Source: a virus (taxonomy: Duplodnaviria; Caudoviricetes). Taken from it: a stretch of DNA of 34,283 nt. The stretch is taken from IMG/VR virus record IMGVR_UViG_3300038556_000010, positions 1 through 34,283 of that record. One strand, written 5' to 3'. The notes under the pieces are model-generated. The model saw nothing but the letters and a program-made list of their open reading frames with translations. It ran no database searches and was not told the origin of the DNA. The translations under genes were made by a program, and so were the position numbers. How positions within the stretch are numbered: position 1 is the first letter of the stretch; every line of letters starts with the position of its first letter. Below are positions 17,433 through 25,976 of this stretch, in pieces.

Positions 17433-17797
17433 CGCTGCCGCCCCCGACCGAGGATATCGCCGGCCTGGTCGAGGCGGTCGGCCCGCAGGCCGCGCTGAAG
17501 CTCTTCGAGCAGCGCGGCGGCACTCGCCTCTATGTCGCGAGCCCCGAGAAGGGCGATGCGATCGTCCAGATGCTTGGGCTTGACGCGGCCACCGCCCTGC
17601 ATGCCAAATACGGGCGCGGCGACATGCGCGTGCCGCTCGCCCGCGACTGGCGGGTGCTGTGCTACATCGCCATGGGTCTCTCGGGCCCCAAGGCGGCGCT
17701 CAAGGCGGGCTGCACCGAGAAGACGGTGGCGGCCATCCTGAAGCGCCACGGCCGCCCCGACCGTCTCCAGCTCGATCTCTTCGCCCGCTCGGCCTGA
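17429..17797 (+). CDS. mor: Mor/C-family transcription activator
   Basis: LVEAVGPQAALKL...GGTRLYV...VPLA plus C-terminal HTH; position just before the lysis genes. Confidence 0.8.
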   Translation: MTLPPPTEDIAGLVEAVGPQAALKLFEQRGGTRLYVASPEKGDAIVQMLGLDAATALHAKYGRGDMRVPLARDWRVLCYIAMGLSGPKAALKAGCTEKTVAAILKRHGRPDRLQLDLFARSA

Positions 17798-17844
17798 CGC
17801 CCCCGCCGGGGGGCGTGCCGCGCATCGGCCCCAGCGCGCATCTT
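17797..17844 (+). promoter_or_regulatory. Putative activator-dependent late promoter (Plys-like)
   Basis: Dyad ACGCCCCC-GCCG-GGGGGCGT followed by GCC; -10-like CATCTT starting 23 nt after the dyad end. Confidence 0.65.
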
Positions 17845-17897
17845 CGGCGGACTTATCCGAGATCCGCGGATCCGGACATCCTCCGCCGGAGCGCCGA

Positions 17898-18707
17898 ATG
17901 TCCCTGTCTCTCGTCGAACGGCTCAGCCCTGCGACCCTGCGCGCCATCGCGCCGCCGGCGAGAACCGCCATCATCGGGCCGGTCGGGCTGGCTTTGCCCC
18001 GCGTCCTGCCGCGCTATGACATCGTCACCCCGCTGCGGATTTGCCACTTCCTCGCCCAGTCGGCCCATGAGAGCGACAGCTTCAGGACGCTGAAGGAACA
18101 TGGCGGCGCGGCCTATTTCGCGCGCTATGACGGCCGCAAGGATCTCGGCAACGTCAAGGCCGGCGACGGGGCGCGCTATCACGGGCGCGGCATCTTCCAG
18201 CTCACCGGCCGCGCGAACTATCGCGAATTCGGCGCTCTGCTAGGCCTCGACCTCGAAGGCAACCCGGAGCGCGCGGCGGAGCCCGAGCTCTCGCTGGAGA
18301 TCGCCTGCCTCTACTGGAAGCGGAAGGGCCTCAACGCGCATGCCGAGCGCGACGACGTCGTCGCGATCACCCGCCTGATCAATGGCGGCCGCAACGGGCT
18401 GGAGGATCGCCGCAAGAAGCTCGGCGTCGCCAAGCGCGAGATCGCGGCGCTGGTCGCGGCGGGGCTGACGTCAACCGATCCGCGGCACTATCCGATCCTG
18501 CGGCGGGGCAGCGACAACGATGCGGCGATCGAAGATCTGCAGGCGCGGCTGCGCAAGCACGGCTTCCTCGTCACGATCGATGGCGATTTCGGGCCGGCGA
18601 CCGAACTGGCCGTCAAGGCCGTCCAGGCCCGCGCCGGCCTCGATACGGATGGCGTCGTCGGCCCGCTGACCTGGAAGGCGCTCGTCCCGCCGGACCGGGA
18701 GGTCTGA
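17898..18707 (+). CDS. Endolysin: GH19 plus C-terminal peptidoglycan-binding domain
   Basis: HFLAQSAHES, YHGRGIFQLTGRANY, INGGRNGL; DGDFGPAT...DGVVGPLTW. Confidence 0.92.
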   Translation: MSLSLVERLSPATLRAIAPPARTAIIGPVGLALPRVLPRYDIVTPLRICHFLAQSAHESDSFRTLKEHGGAAYFARYDGRKDLGNVKAGDGARYHGRGIFQLTGRANYREFGALLGLDLEGNPERAAEPELSLEIACLYWKRKGLNAHAERDDVVAITRLINGGRNGLEDRRKKLGVAKREIAALVAAGLTSTDPRHYPILRRGSDNDAAIEDLQARLRKHGFLVTIDGDFGPATELAVKAVQARAGLDTDGVVGPLTWKALVPPDREV

Positions 18708-18708
18708 G

Positions 18709-19116
18709 ATGGGCGAGGCCAGATGCCGGCGCGACACCGGGCACATTCCCGGCCATATCGAGCGGCCGCGCGAGCGCACGCTGCCGCCGCTCTGGCTGCT
18801 CGGCCTGCTGGTGCTGGTCGCCGCGCTGGCCGCCTGGCTCTCGCCGGCCCGCGCCCATTCCTTCTACCCGTGGGAGTGCTGTTCCTCGCAGGATTGCTGG
18901 CCGACGGGCACGGGCGCGGACGCCCGCGAACCCGATCCCGTCGCCGGCCCCGGAGGCTGGCGGCTCTTCGACGGCACGATCGTGCCCTACGCCGCCACGC
19001 GGCCTTCGCCGGACGGCCGCTTCCATGTCTGCCGCCATGGCGGCCGCCTCGCGGGCGGACTGATCACACCGCACGACAAGCCGCCCTGTCTCTGGGTTCC
19101 GCCGAACGGCTCCTGA
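18709..19116 (+). CDS. Cys-rich exported protein
   Basis: Hydrophobic signal ending ARA-H; CCSSQDC, SPDGRFHVC, CLWVPP. Confidence 0.75.
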   Translation: MGEARCRRDTGHIPGHIERPRERTLPPLWLLGLLVLVAALAAWLSPARAHSFYPWECCSSQDCWPTGTGADAREPDPVAGPGGWRLFDGTIVPYAATRPSPDGRFHVCRHGGRLAGGLITPHDKPPCLWVPPNGS

Positions 19117-19127
19117 AAGGATTTCCG

Positions 19128-19625
19128 ATGTTGCTGCTTCGCTTCGCTGTACTCCTCGTCGCCTGCGCCCTCTTGGCGGTGTCCGCGCTGCCCGCCCTGG
19201 CGGCCGATGCCGCGCCCGCCTGGGGCGAGTGGCTGAAGCCCTGGTGGGACATGGTCACGCAAGGGGTGATCGCGGCCGTGGTCATGATGGTCGCGGCCGG
19301 GGCCAAGCGCTGGTTTGGCGTGTCGCTGGAGGAAAGCCACCAGCGCACGCTTCACCTCGCGCTGAAGACCGGCGCGGACGCCGCCTGGGCCAAGCTGATG
19401 CAGTGGACCGGCCAGGGCCTGTCCCGCGAGGAGATCGAGCTGCGCCTGATCTCGGAGACCATCGCCCATGCCCAGGGCGGCGCGGCCGACGCGATCGCCG
19501 TCTTCAACCTCGACGAGGCCGATCCGCGCCTGATCAACCTCGCCATCTCCAAGCTGAAGCAGACTGCCCCGCAGGGCGCTGCCGCCTTCTCGTCGCCGCC
19601 CGAGCTGGCGGCGATCGCCGCCTAG
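19128..19625 (+). CDS. Putative holin / lysis membrane protein
   Basis: AAGGA RBS; two hydrophobic segments; position in the lysis cassette. Confidence 0.6.
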   Translation: MLLLRFAVLLVACALLAVSALPALAADAAPAWGEWLKPWWDMVTQGVIAAVVMMVAAGAKRWFGVSLEESHQRTLHLALKTGADAAWAKLMQWTGQGLSREEIELRLISETIAHAQGGAADAIAVFNLDEADPRLINLAISKLKQTAPQGAAAFSSPPELAAIAA

Positions 19626-19638
19626 GCCGGAGCCTGTC

Positions 19639-20028
19639 GTGAACGAGATGATTGCCTTCTTTCAGAGCCACAGCGGCGCGATCGCCATCTTCATTTCGCT
19701 CGCGTCGGCGCTGATCGCGACCCGCTTCGTCTCGAAGCTCGAGTTCAAGGAGATGCTCGCCTCCACCAAGGCCGACCACGAAAAAGCGGTCTCGTCGCTC
19801 GATGCAAAGTTCACACTCGCGATCGAGAAGGTCGACAAGGCCGAGGATCGGATCGCCAAGCTCGAAAACGAGTTCCGCCATCTGCCCGATCGCGACAGCG
19901 TCCACCGGATCGAGCTGTCGCTGTCGGCCGTGAAGGGCGAGCTGAAGGCGCTGGGCGAGCAGCTCAAGCCGGTGGCGGCGATCTCCGACCGCCTGCAGGA
20001 ATTCCTGCTGGAGCAGGCGAAGCGATGA
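19639..20028 (+). CDS. DUF2730 / Mu gp25-like protein
   Basis: N-terminal TM, coiled coil, HLPD...LLE. Confidence 0.8.
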   Translation: MNEMIAFFQSHSGAIAIFISLASALIATRFVSKLEFKEMLASTKADHEKAVSSLDAKFTLAIEKVDKAEDRIAKLENEFRHLPDRDSVHRIELSLSAVKGELKALGEQLKPVAAISDRLQEFLLEQAKR

Positions 20029-20324
20029 GCATGGACGCCCTCATCCGCCAGGAGGCGCGCCTCATCATCCTGCGCGCGCTGGAGGAGCAGCCGGACGGCC
20101 GGCTGAACTCCGAGCTGCTCCGCCTTTCCCTCGAAGCCTATGGCATCACCAAGTCGCGCGACTGGGTCCATGACGAGTTGAACTGGCTGGCCGAGATGGG
20201 CGCGCTCACCGTCATCGTGGCCGGATCCGTGCGCGTCGCGAGCCTGACCGCCAAGGGCAGCGACCATGTCCTGCGCCGCACCGTCATCGAGGGCGTCAAG
20301 CGGCCGTCGCGCGGAGAGGGCTGA
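20025..20324 (+). CDS. Mu gp26-like winged-helix protein
   Basis: RLIILRAL...LNWLAEMG...LTAKG...GVKRPS. Confidence 0.85.
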   Translation: MSMDALIRQEARLIILRALEEQPDGRLNSELLRLSLEAYGITKSRDWVHDELNWLAEMGALTVIVAGSVRVASLTAKGSDHVLRRTVIEGVKRPSRGEG

Positions 20325-20326
20325 CG

Positions 20327-20893
20327 ATGAAGCGCCCGAGCGGCCGGCTCTCCTCGATCGACCTCGTGCCGGAGCACGCCCAGGACGAGATCGTCTGGGC
20401 GATCGGCGAGCTGAACCAGCGTAACCGCACTCAGGCCGACATCCTGCTCGAGCTGAACGATCGGCTCGTCACCAAGGGCGTCGAGCCGATCTCGTCCTCC
20501 GCCTTCAACCGGAAGGCATTGAAGCTACGCGCGGCGCAGATCCGGTTGGACGAGGCGCGCCACATCTTCACCGGCATCGCGCCGCAGTTCACGCCGGAGA
20601 AGGTCGACGAGAATTCGATCGTTCTCGGCGAGTTTATCAAGATGCTCGTCTTCGAGCTCGCCCAGGCCGACGTCCAGTCGCCGAAGGGCGCGATGGAGCT
20701 GGCGCGGGCCTTCCACGACACGATCAAGGGCCAGGCGATGTCGAGCGCGCGCCGCGCGCAGATCGAGGCGGCGAAAACGAAGCTCGTGCAGTCGGCCGAG
20801 GCGGCAATCGGCGCGGCTGCGAAGGAAGGTCGCATCATCGACGCGCCCGAGGTGCTGCGCATGATCCGCGAAGCCTACGGCACCGCCTCATGA
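20327..20893 (+). CDS. DUF3486 / Mu gp27, terminase small subunit
   Basis: GRLSSIDLVP...ISSSAFNR...IREAYG; upstream of terL. Confidence 0.85.
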   Translation: MKRPSGRLSSIDLVPEHAQDEIVWAIGELNQRNRTQADILLELNDRLVTKGVEPISSSAFNRKALKLRAAQIRLDEARHIFTGIAPQFTPEKVDENSIVLGEFIKMLVFELAQADVQSPKGAMELARAFHDTIKGQAMSSARRAQIEAAKTKLVQSAEAAIGAAAKEGRIIDAPEVLRMIREAYGTAS

Positions 20894-22236
20894 GCACGCC
20901 GTTGTTCTATCCCTATCAACGCCGCTGGGTCGCCGACAAATCGCGTTTCAAGCTCGGGAAGTTCGCTCGCCAGACCGGCAAGACGTTCACGACGACCTAC
21001 GAGATCGTCGACGACGCATTCGAGGCGGCGACGCAGGGCCGCCGTAGCCGGTGGGTGATCCTGTCGCGAGGCGAGCGCCAGGCCAAGGAAGCGATGGACG
21101 AAGGCGTGAAGCGGCATGCCAAGGCCTACGGCATGGTGTTCAAGGAAGCGGATCACGACTGGCAGGGCGGCGACGGCACCTATCGCGCCATGGAGATCGA
21201 GCTGCCGCACGGCTCGCGCATCACGGCGCTGCCGGCCAATGCCGACACGGCGCGCGGCTTCTCGGCCAACGTATTTCTCGACGAGTTCGCGTTTCACAAG
21301 GATTCGGGCGCGATCTGGAAGGCGCTCTTTCCCGTGATTTCGGCCGGCTGGAAGCTACGGGTCACCTCGACGCCGAATGGCAAAAGCGGCAAGTTCTACG
21401 AGCTGGACACGGCTGCGGACACCCTCTGGTCCCGCCACGTCGTCGACATCTACGACGCGGTTAGGGATGGGCTGCCGCGCGACATCGCCGAGCTGCGCGC
21501 CGGCATCGCCGACGATGACGCCTGGGCGCAGGAATACGAGCTTCAATACCTCGACGAGGCCTCGGCATGGCTGCCCTACGACCTGATCAGCTCGGTCGAG
21601 GACGAGCGTGCCGGCGAGCGTGAGCGCTACGAGGGTGGCGTCTGCTTCGTCGGCGTCGATATCGGGCGGCGCAACGACCTTTTCGTGATCGTCGTGCTGG
21701 AGCTGATCGGCGACGTGCTGTGGTGCCGCGAGATCGTCGAGATGAAGCGGGCGACCTTTGCGGCGCAAGACGCAGAGCTTGATCGCGTCATGCGCTACTA
21801 CCGCATCGGCCGGGCCTGTATGGACCAGACCGGCATGGGCGAAAAGCCGGTCGAGGATGCGCAACGCCGCTACGGTGAGCATCGGATCGAGGGCGTGCTG
21901 TTCACGGGGCCGAACAAACTCGTCCTGGCGACGGCCGGCAAGGAGCGCTTCGAGGACCGCACCATCCGGATCCCGGAAGGTCGGCCGGCTTTGCGAGCGG
22001 ATTTGCACAAGCTGCGCAAGCTGACGACCCTGACTGGCGCGCCACGCTTTGTCGCCGACCGCGACGACGATCACGCCGACCGGACCTGGGCACTGTTCCT
22101 GGCAATCCATGCGGCGGCGGGCGTTGTCGCTGCCTATGGCTACCAGCCGGTGGGGCGTTCAACCGCAGGCGCCTTCGACGAACTCGATCACGACGACGAC
22201 GCGCCGAGGTTCGGACTGCGCGGGAGGATCTACTGA
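20890..22236 (+). CDS. terL: Terminase large subunit (Mu gp28-like)
   Basis: RQTGKT Walker A, VFLDEFAF Walker B, STPNG, GVDIGRRND nuclease. Confidence 0.95.
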   Translation: MSTPLFYPYQRRWVADKSRFKLGKFARQTGKTFTTTYEIVDDAFEAATQGRRSRWVILSRGERQAKEAMDEGVKRHAKAYGMVFKEADHDWQGGDGTYRAMEIELPHGSRITALPANADTARGFSANVFLDEFAFHKDSGAIWKALFPVISAGWKLRVTSTPNGKSGKFYELDTAADTLWSRHVVDIYDAVRDGLPRDIAELRAGIADDDAWAQEYELQYLDEASAWLPYDLISSVEDERAGERERYEGGVCFVGVDIGRRNDLFVIVVLELIGDVLWCREIVEMKRATFAAQDAELDRVMRYYRIGRACMDQTGMGEKPVEDAQRRYGEHRIEGVLFTGPNKLVLATAGKERFEDRTIRIPEGRPALRADLHKLRKLTTLTGAPRFVADRDDDHADRTWALFLAIHAAAGVVAAYGYQPVGRSTAGAFDELDHDDDAPRFGLRGRIY

Positions 22237-23876
22237 TGCCGAGGTTGTCGCGCATTCTCGGCCCCGATGGCGAGCGGATCGACCTCGACGAGCTGTTCGG
22301 CGAAGCCAGGGCGGGCCCCACGCTGACCGGCGTCCGCTCGCCGATCTCGGGCTTCCCGGCCGAGGGCCTGACGCCCAACCGGCTTGCGGCGATCCATCGC
22401 GCGGCGGCCCAGGGCGATCCGCTGGCCTGGCTTGAGCTGGCGGAGGACATCGAGGAGCGCGACCCGCACTACACGTCGGTGCTCGGCACGCGCCGCCGAC
22501 AGGTGGCGCAGCTTCCGACCAATGTCGAGGCGGCCAGCGACGACGCCGAGCATATCCGCCATGCCGACTTCATTCGCGACTGGCTGAAGGAAAGCATCCT
22601 CGACCAGGCGCTGTTCGACATGCTCGACGCGATCGGCAAGGGCTTCTCCGTCATGGAGATCGATTGGGAATCGACGCCCGAGGCGGTCATGCCGCGCGGC
22701 TTCGACTACCGGCCGCAGCGCTGGTTCACCTTCGATCCAATCGATGGCGACACGATCCAGCTGCAGGAAGGCGTCACCCGCGAGCCGCTCTCGGCGCACA
22801 AATTCATCGTTCATCGGCACAAGGCCAAGTCCGGGCTGACGATCCGGTCTGGCCTTGCGCGCGTCGCGTCCTGGTCGTGGATGATGAAAGCCTTCACCTC
22901 GAAGGACTGGGCGATCTACACCCAGAACTACGGCATGCCGATCCGCATCGGCCGCTACGAGCAGACCGCGAGCGACGCCGACAAGGCGGTGCTCTGGCGC
23001 GCCGTCGCCAATGTCGCCGGCGACTGCGCCGCGATCATCCCCAAGGGCATGGAGATCGAGTTCGTCGGTCTGAAGGATTCGGCCAAGGGGAGCGGGACCG
23101 AGGGCTATCTCGCCCGCTGCGACTGGCTCGACCGCCAGATCTCCAAGCTCGTGCTCGGCCAGACCACGACAACCGACGCGGTGTCGGGCGGGCACGCCGT
23201 CTCCCAGGAGCACCGCCTGGTCCAGGAGGACATCGAGCGCGCCGACGCCAAGATGATCTCGGCGACGCTGACCCGGCAGCTCGTGCCGCTGATGATCGCG
23301 CTCAACTTCGGCCCGCAGTCCAAGTATCCCCGCATCATGATCGGGCGGCCCGACGAGGTGCCGCTCAACGATGTCGTCAACGCGCTGGACAAGCTCGGCC
23401 CGCATGGCCTGACGGTCGAGCTGAGCGAGTTCCGCGATCGGCTTGGCTTCTCGGAGCCGGCAGCCGATGCGCAGGTGATCGGCGGCCGCCCGCCCAAGCC
23501 GGAGCCAGCCGCCTTGCCTAAACCCGGCGCTGCTCTCCTGCCCGGCCTGGGCGGCAAGCCGGCCGCGCCGCTCGACCAGCTCCGCCATCTCGTCTCGCGC
23601 CACGCCAGCGCGCCGGAGCCCGAACTGGTCGACGTGCTGGTCGAGCGCCTGGCGCAGGACGCCGCCGGCGCGATGGGCGGGCTGACGGCGGAGATCCGCG
23701 CCGCATTCGACGCAGCCGCCGATCTGCCCGACCTGGCCGACCGGCTCTCGCGCCTGAGCCTCGATCCGAAGGCGCTGGCGGACGCGATGGGCCGGGGTCT
23801 GGCGCTGGCCCATCTGGCCGGCCGGGCGGCGCTTCTCGACGAGCTGGAGGGCGAGCGCGATGGCGGGTCGCGATAG
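22236..23876 (+). CDS. Portal protein (DUF935, Mu gp29)
   Basis: IEERDPHY...DAIGKGFSVME...YGMPIRIGRY...ISKLVLGQT. Confidence 0.93.
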   Translation: MPRLSRILGPDGERIDLDELFGEARAGPTLTGVRSPISGFPAEGLTPNRLAAIHRAAAQGDPLAWLELAEDIEERDPHYTSVLGTRRRQVAQLPTNVEAASDDAEHIRHADFIRDWLKESILDQALFDMLDAIGKGFSVMEIDWESTPEAVMPRGFDYRPQRWFTFDPIDGDTIQLQEGVTREPLSAHKFIVHRHKAKSGLTIRSGLARVASWSWMMKAFTSKDWAIYTQNYGMPIRIGRYEQTASDADKAVLWRAVANVAGDCAAIIPKGMEIEFVGLKDSAKGSGTEGYLARCDWLDRQISKLVLGQTTTTDAVSGGHAVSQEHRLVQEDIERADAKMISATLTRQLVPLMIALNFGPQSKYPRIMIGRPDEVPLNDVVNALDKLGPHGLTVELSEFRDRLGFSEPAADAQVIGGRPPKPEPAALPKPGAALLPGLGGKPAAPLDQLRHLVSRHASAPEPELVDVLVERLAQDAAGAMGGLTAEIRAAFDAAADLPDLADRLSRLSLDPKALADAMGRGLALAHLAGRAALLDELEGERDGGSR

Positions 23877-24020
23877 CCGCCGATCCCCCGCGCTTATAAT
23901 CGCCGTTGAAGGGGTTTTGAAACGCTTGGGCGGCGTTCTCCGGAACATCCGGCCCATCGGCGCGGCAGCGGCCGGCGGGCCTGTACGGGCTTCCCTGCGG
24001 CTTGGCCCCGGAGCGCAGCC

Positions 24021-25238
24021 GTGACCGACTACACCGCCACGACCAAGGCGCTGGATCTGCCCTTCGAGGAGGCGATCGAATACCTGCGCCAGAAGAGCAA
24101 CGTCACCTCGACCGGGTGGACCGATGTCTGGCAGAAGGCCAACGCGAAAGCCTTCACGGTAGCCGGCGCGACGACGCAGGCGCTCGTCGAGGATTTCCGG
24201 CGCGAGGTCGCCAGCGCGCTGGAGAGCGGCTCGTCGATCCAGGCGTTCCGCAAGACCTTCGACGCGATCGTGAAGAAGCATGGCTGGGAGCATGTCGGGC
24301 AGCCGGGGTGGCGCTCCCGCGTGATCTTCGAGACCAATCTCGGCATGGCGTATTCGGCCGGGCGCTACGCCCAGGCGACCGAGCCCGAGACGCTGGCCGC
24401 CTTCCCCTACTGGCAATACGTCCACTCCGGCGCGAAGCATCCGCGCAAGCAGCATCTCGCATGGAACGGCACCGTACTGGCGGCGACCGATCCGTTCTGG
24501 GACTGGGCCTATCCGCCCAATGGCTGGGGCTGCGGCTGCAGGGTGCGGCCAGTCTCGGAGGCCGGGCTGAAGCGACAGGGCCGCTCGGGGCTCGACACCG
24601 CGCCGGAGCGCATTCCGACGCAGACGATCAATCGCCGCACCGGCGAGGTACTAAAGGGCTCGGCCGGCGTCGATCCAGGCTTCGACTACAATCCCGGCCA
24701 GCAGTGGAAGAACGCCCCGGCGGTCGCCGTGCCCGGCGTCTCGACGTCGCCGCCGCTGCGCGCTCCTGCGACGCCGGCCGAGATCAGGTCTTTCGCCGAG
24801 GGCGTTCTCAACCGCTCGATCGCGGACCCGGCGCGCTCGATTGTCGCCGCCCGGCTGCCGCCCGCTCTCGCCGAGGCGCTCGGCGGAGCGCTGACCGAGG
24901 TCGAGCTGAACGCGTTCCGCGTCGCCAAGGTCGCTGGCCGCGCGGCCGAGTTCGGCGGCTTTCCCAGCACGCCCCATCCGGAGATCACGCCCAAGGACTG
25001 GGCACGGCTGCAGGACATCATCGATCGCGGCAGCGTCCATCTCGACCCGGCCGTCACCAGCGGCTTCCGCCAGCTCGTCATTCATGATCGCCCGAAAGCC
25101 GGGCGGCAGGTGATGCTGATCCTGCGCCGCGTGCCGCGCCCTGGCGGCGGCGAGCGTCTGATCGTGCCCAATTTCGAGCAGACCGGCTACCGGCGCCGAG
25201 ACAAGGTGACGAAGAGGCTGACGCAGGTGCGGGAGTGA
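24021..25238 (+). CDS. MuF (gp30) head morphogenesis protein with ~150-aa C-terminal extension (putative nuclease)
   Basis: AFTVAG, IFETN, PYWQY...HLAWNG, YPPNGWGCGC, DPGFDYNPG; then HPEITPKDWARLQDIIDRG. Confidence 0.92.
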   Translation: MTDYTATTKALDLPFEEAIEYLRQKSNVTSTGWTDVWQKANAKAFTVAGATTQALVEDFRREVASALESGSSIQAFRKTFDAIVKKHGWEHVGQPGWRSRVIFETNLGMAYSAGRYAQATEPETLAAFPYWQYVHSGAKHPRKQHLAWNGTVLAATDPFWDWAYPPNGWGCGCRVRPVSEAGLKRQGRSGLDTAPERIPTQTINRRTGEVLKGSAGVDPGFDYNPGQQWKNAPAVAVPGVSTSPPLRAPATPAEIRSFAEGVLNRSIADPARSIVAARLPPALAEALGGALTEVELNAFRVAKVAGRAAEFGGFPSTPHPEITPKDWARLQDIIDRGSVHLDPAVTSGFRQLVIHDRPKAGRQVMLILRRVPRPGGGERLIVPNFEQTGYRRRDKVTKRLTQVRE

Positions 25239-25239
25239 G

Positions 25240-25312
25240 TGGGGCGCTTGGGGGGTCGTAACATCCCCGCGGGGCTTGCCCGGCGTACGAAGCAGCTTTC
25301 TCAAGCGCCCCA
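25240..25312 (-). ncRNA. Candidate tRNA-like small RNA convergent with muF
   Basis: 11-bp closing stem, internal hairpins, 3' CCA, and a sigma70-like promoter placing +1 at the stem start. Confidence 0.6.
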
Positions 25313-25316
25313 TGCG

Positions 25317-25345
25317 AATGTGGACTGAAACGGGATCGGATTCAA
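25317..25345 (-). promoter_or_regulatory. sigma70-like promoter for the small RNA
   Basis: TTGAAT-N17-CACATT on the minus strand. Confidence 0.6.
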
Positions 25346-25346
25346 G

Positions 25347-25886
25347 ATGAGCGGCGCGGTCCTGATCACCCGCATGGATGTCCGCGACGCGCAGGCAGGT
25401 TTCGGTCGGCTCGCCGCCGTCATGGCGGACACGACGTCGGTGATGCGCGCGATCGGCACCGGTCTCGTCGCCAACACGCATGACCGCTTCGACGCCGCGC
25501 AGGATCCCGACGGTAAGGCCTGGGCGCCGCTGGAGCCGAACTACGCCGCCAGCAAGCGCGGCCCCGGCATCCTGCGGGAGAGCGCCATGCGCGGTGGCCT
25601 GCAGGGCTCGATCACCCATCGCTCCGGCCGCGCCGAGGTCGAGGTCGGCACCAACAAGATCTATGGCGCGACACACCAGTTCGGCAACGTCATCACCGCC
25701 AAGGGCGGCGGCTTCCTCGTCTTCAAAATCGGCGGCACGCTGGTCAAGGCGCGCTCGGTCACCATTCCGGCCCGGCCCTATCTCGGCATCAGCGCGGAGG
25801 ACCAGGTGATGATCCTCGACGTCGTCGAGGGCGCTCTTGCCCGCGCCGTCGGTTCTAGGTCATCATCCATCACGCGCCGGCGGTAG
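25347..25886 (+). CDS. Mu gpG-like virion morphogenesis protein
   Basis: DPDGKAWAPL...VGTNKIYGATHQFG...IPARPYLGIS. Confidence 0.92.
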   Translation: MSGAVLITRMDVRDAQAGFGRLAAVMADTTSVMRAIGTGLVANTHDRFDAAQDPDGKAWAPLEPNYAASKRGPGILRESAMRGGLQGSITHRSGRAEVEVGTNKIYGATHQFGNVITAKGGGFLVFKIGGTLVKARSVTIPARPYLGISAEDQVMILDVVEGALARAVGSRSSSITRRR

Positions 25887-25921
25887 CCGCGCTTCGCCCC
25901 GCCATCGCCGGCACGCCCGTC

Positions 25922-25969
25922 ACGCCCCTCCCCAGGGGCGTGCCCGGTGAGGCCCGCTCCCGCCAGATT
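25922..25969 (+). promoter_or_regulatory. Putative late promoter (PI-like)
   Basis: Dyad ACGCCCCT-CCCC-AGGGGCGT followed by GCC; CAGATT at the same offset as at 17797. Confidence 0.65.
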
Positions 25970-25976
25970 GGCGGGG

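Noticed and set aside
22230-24455. 741-aa minus-strand ORF (also 6429-8156, 26932-28218, 30084-31520 and others)
   Set aside because: Antisense shadows of well-supported genes, expected from high-GC codon bias; no motifs or RBS.
25240-25312. Canonical tRNA gene
   Set aside because: Closing stem too long, no proper D-loop GG, no 7-nt anticodon loop, no exact TTCGA; kept only as tRNA-like.
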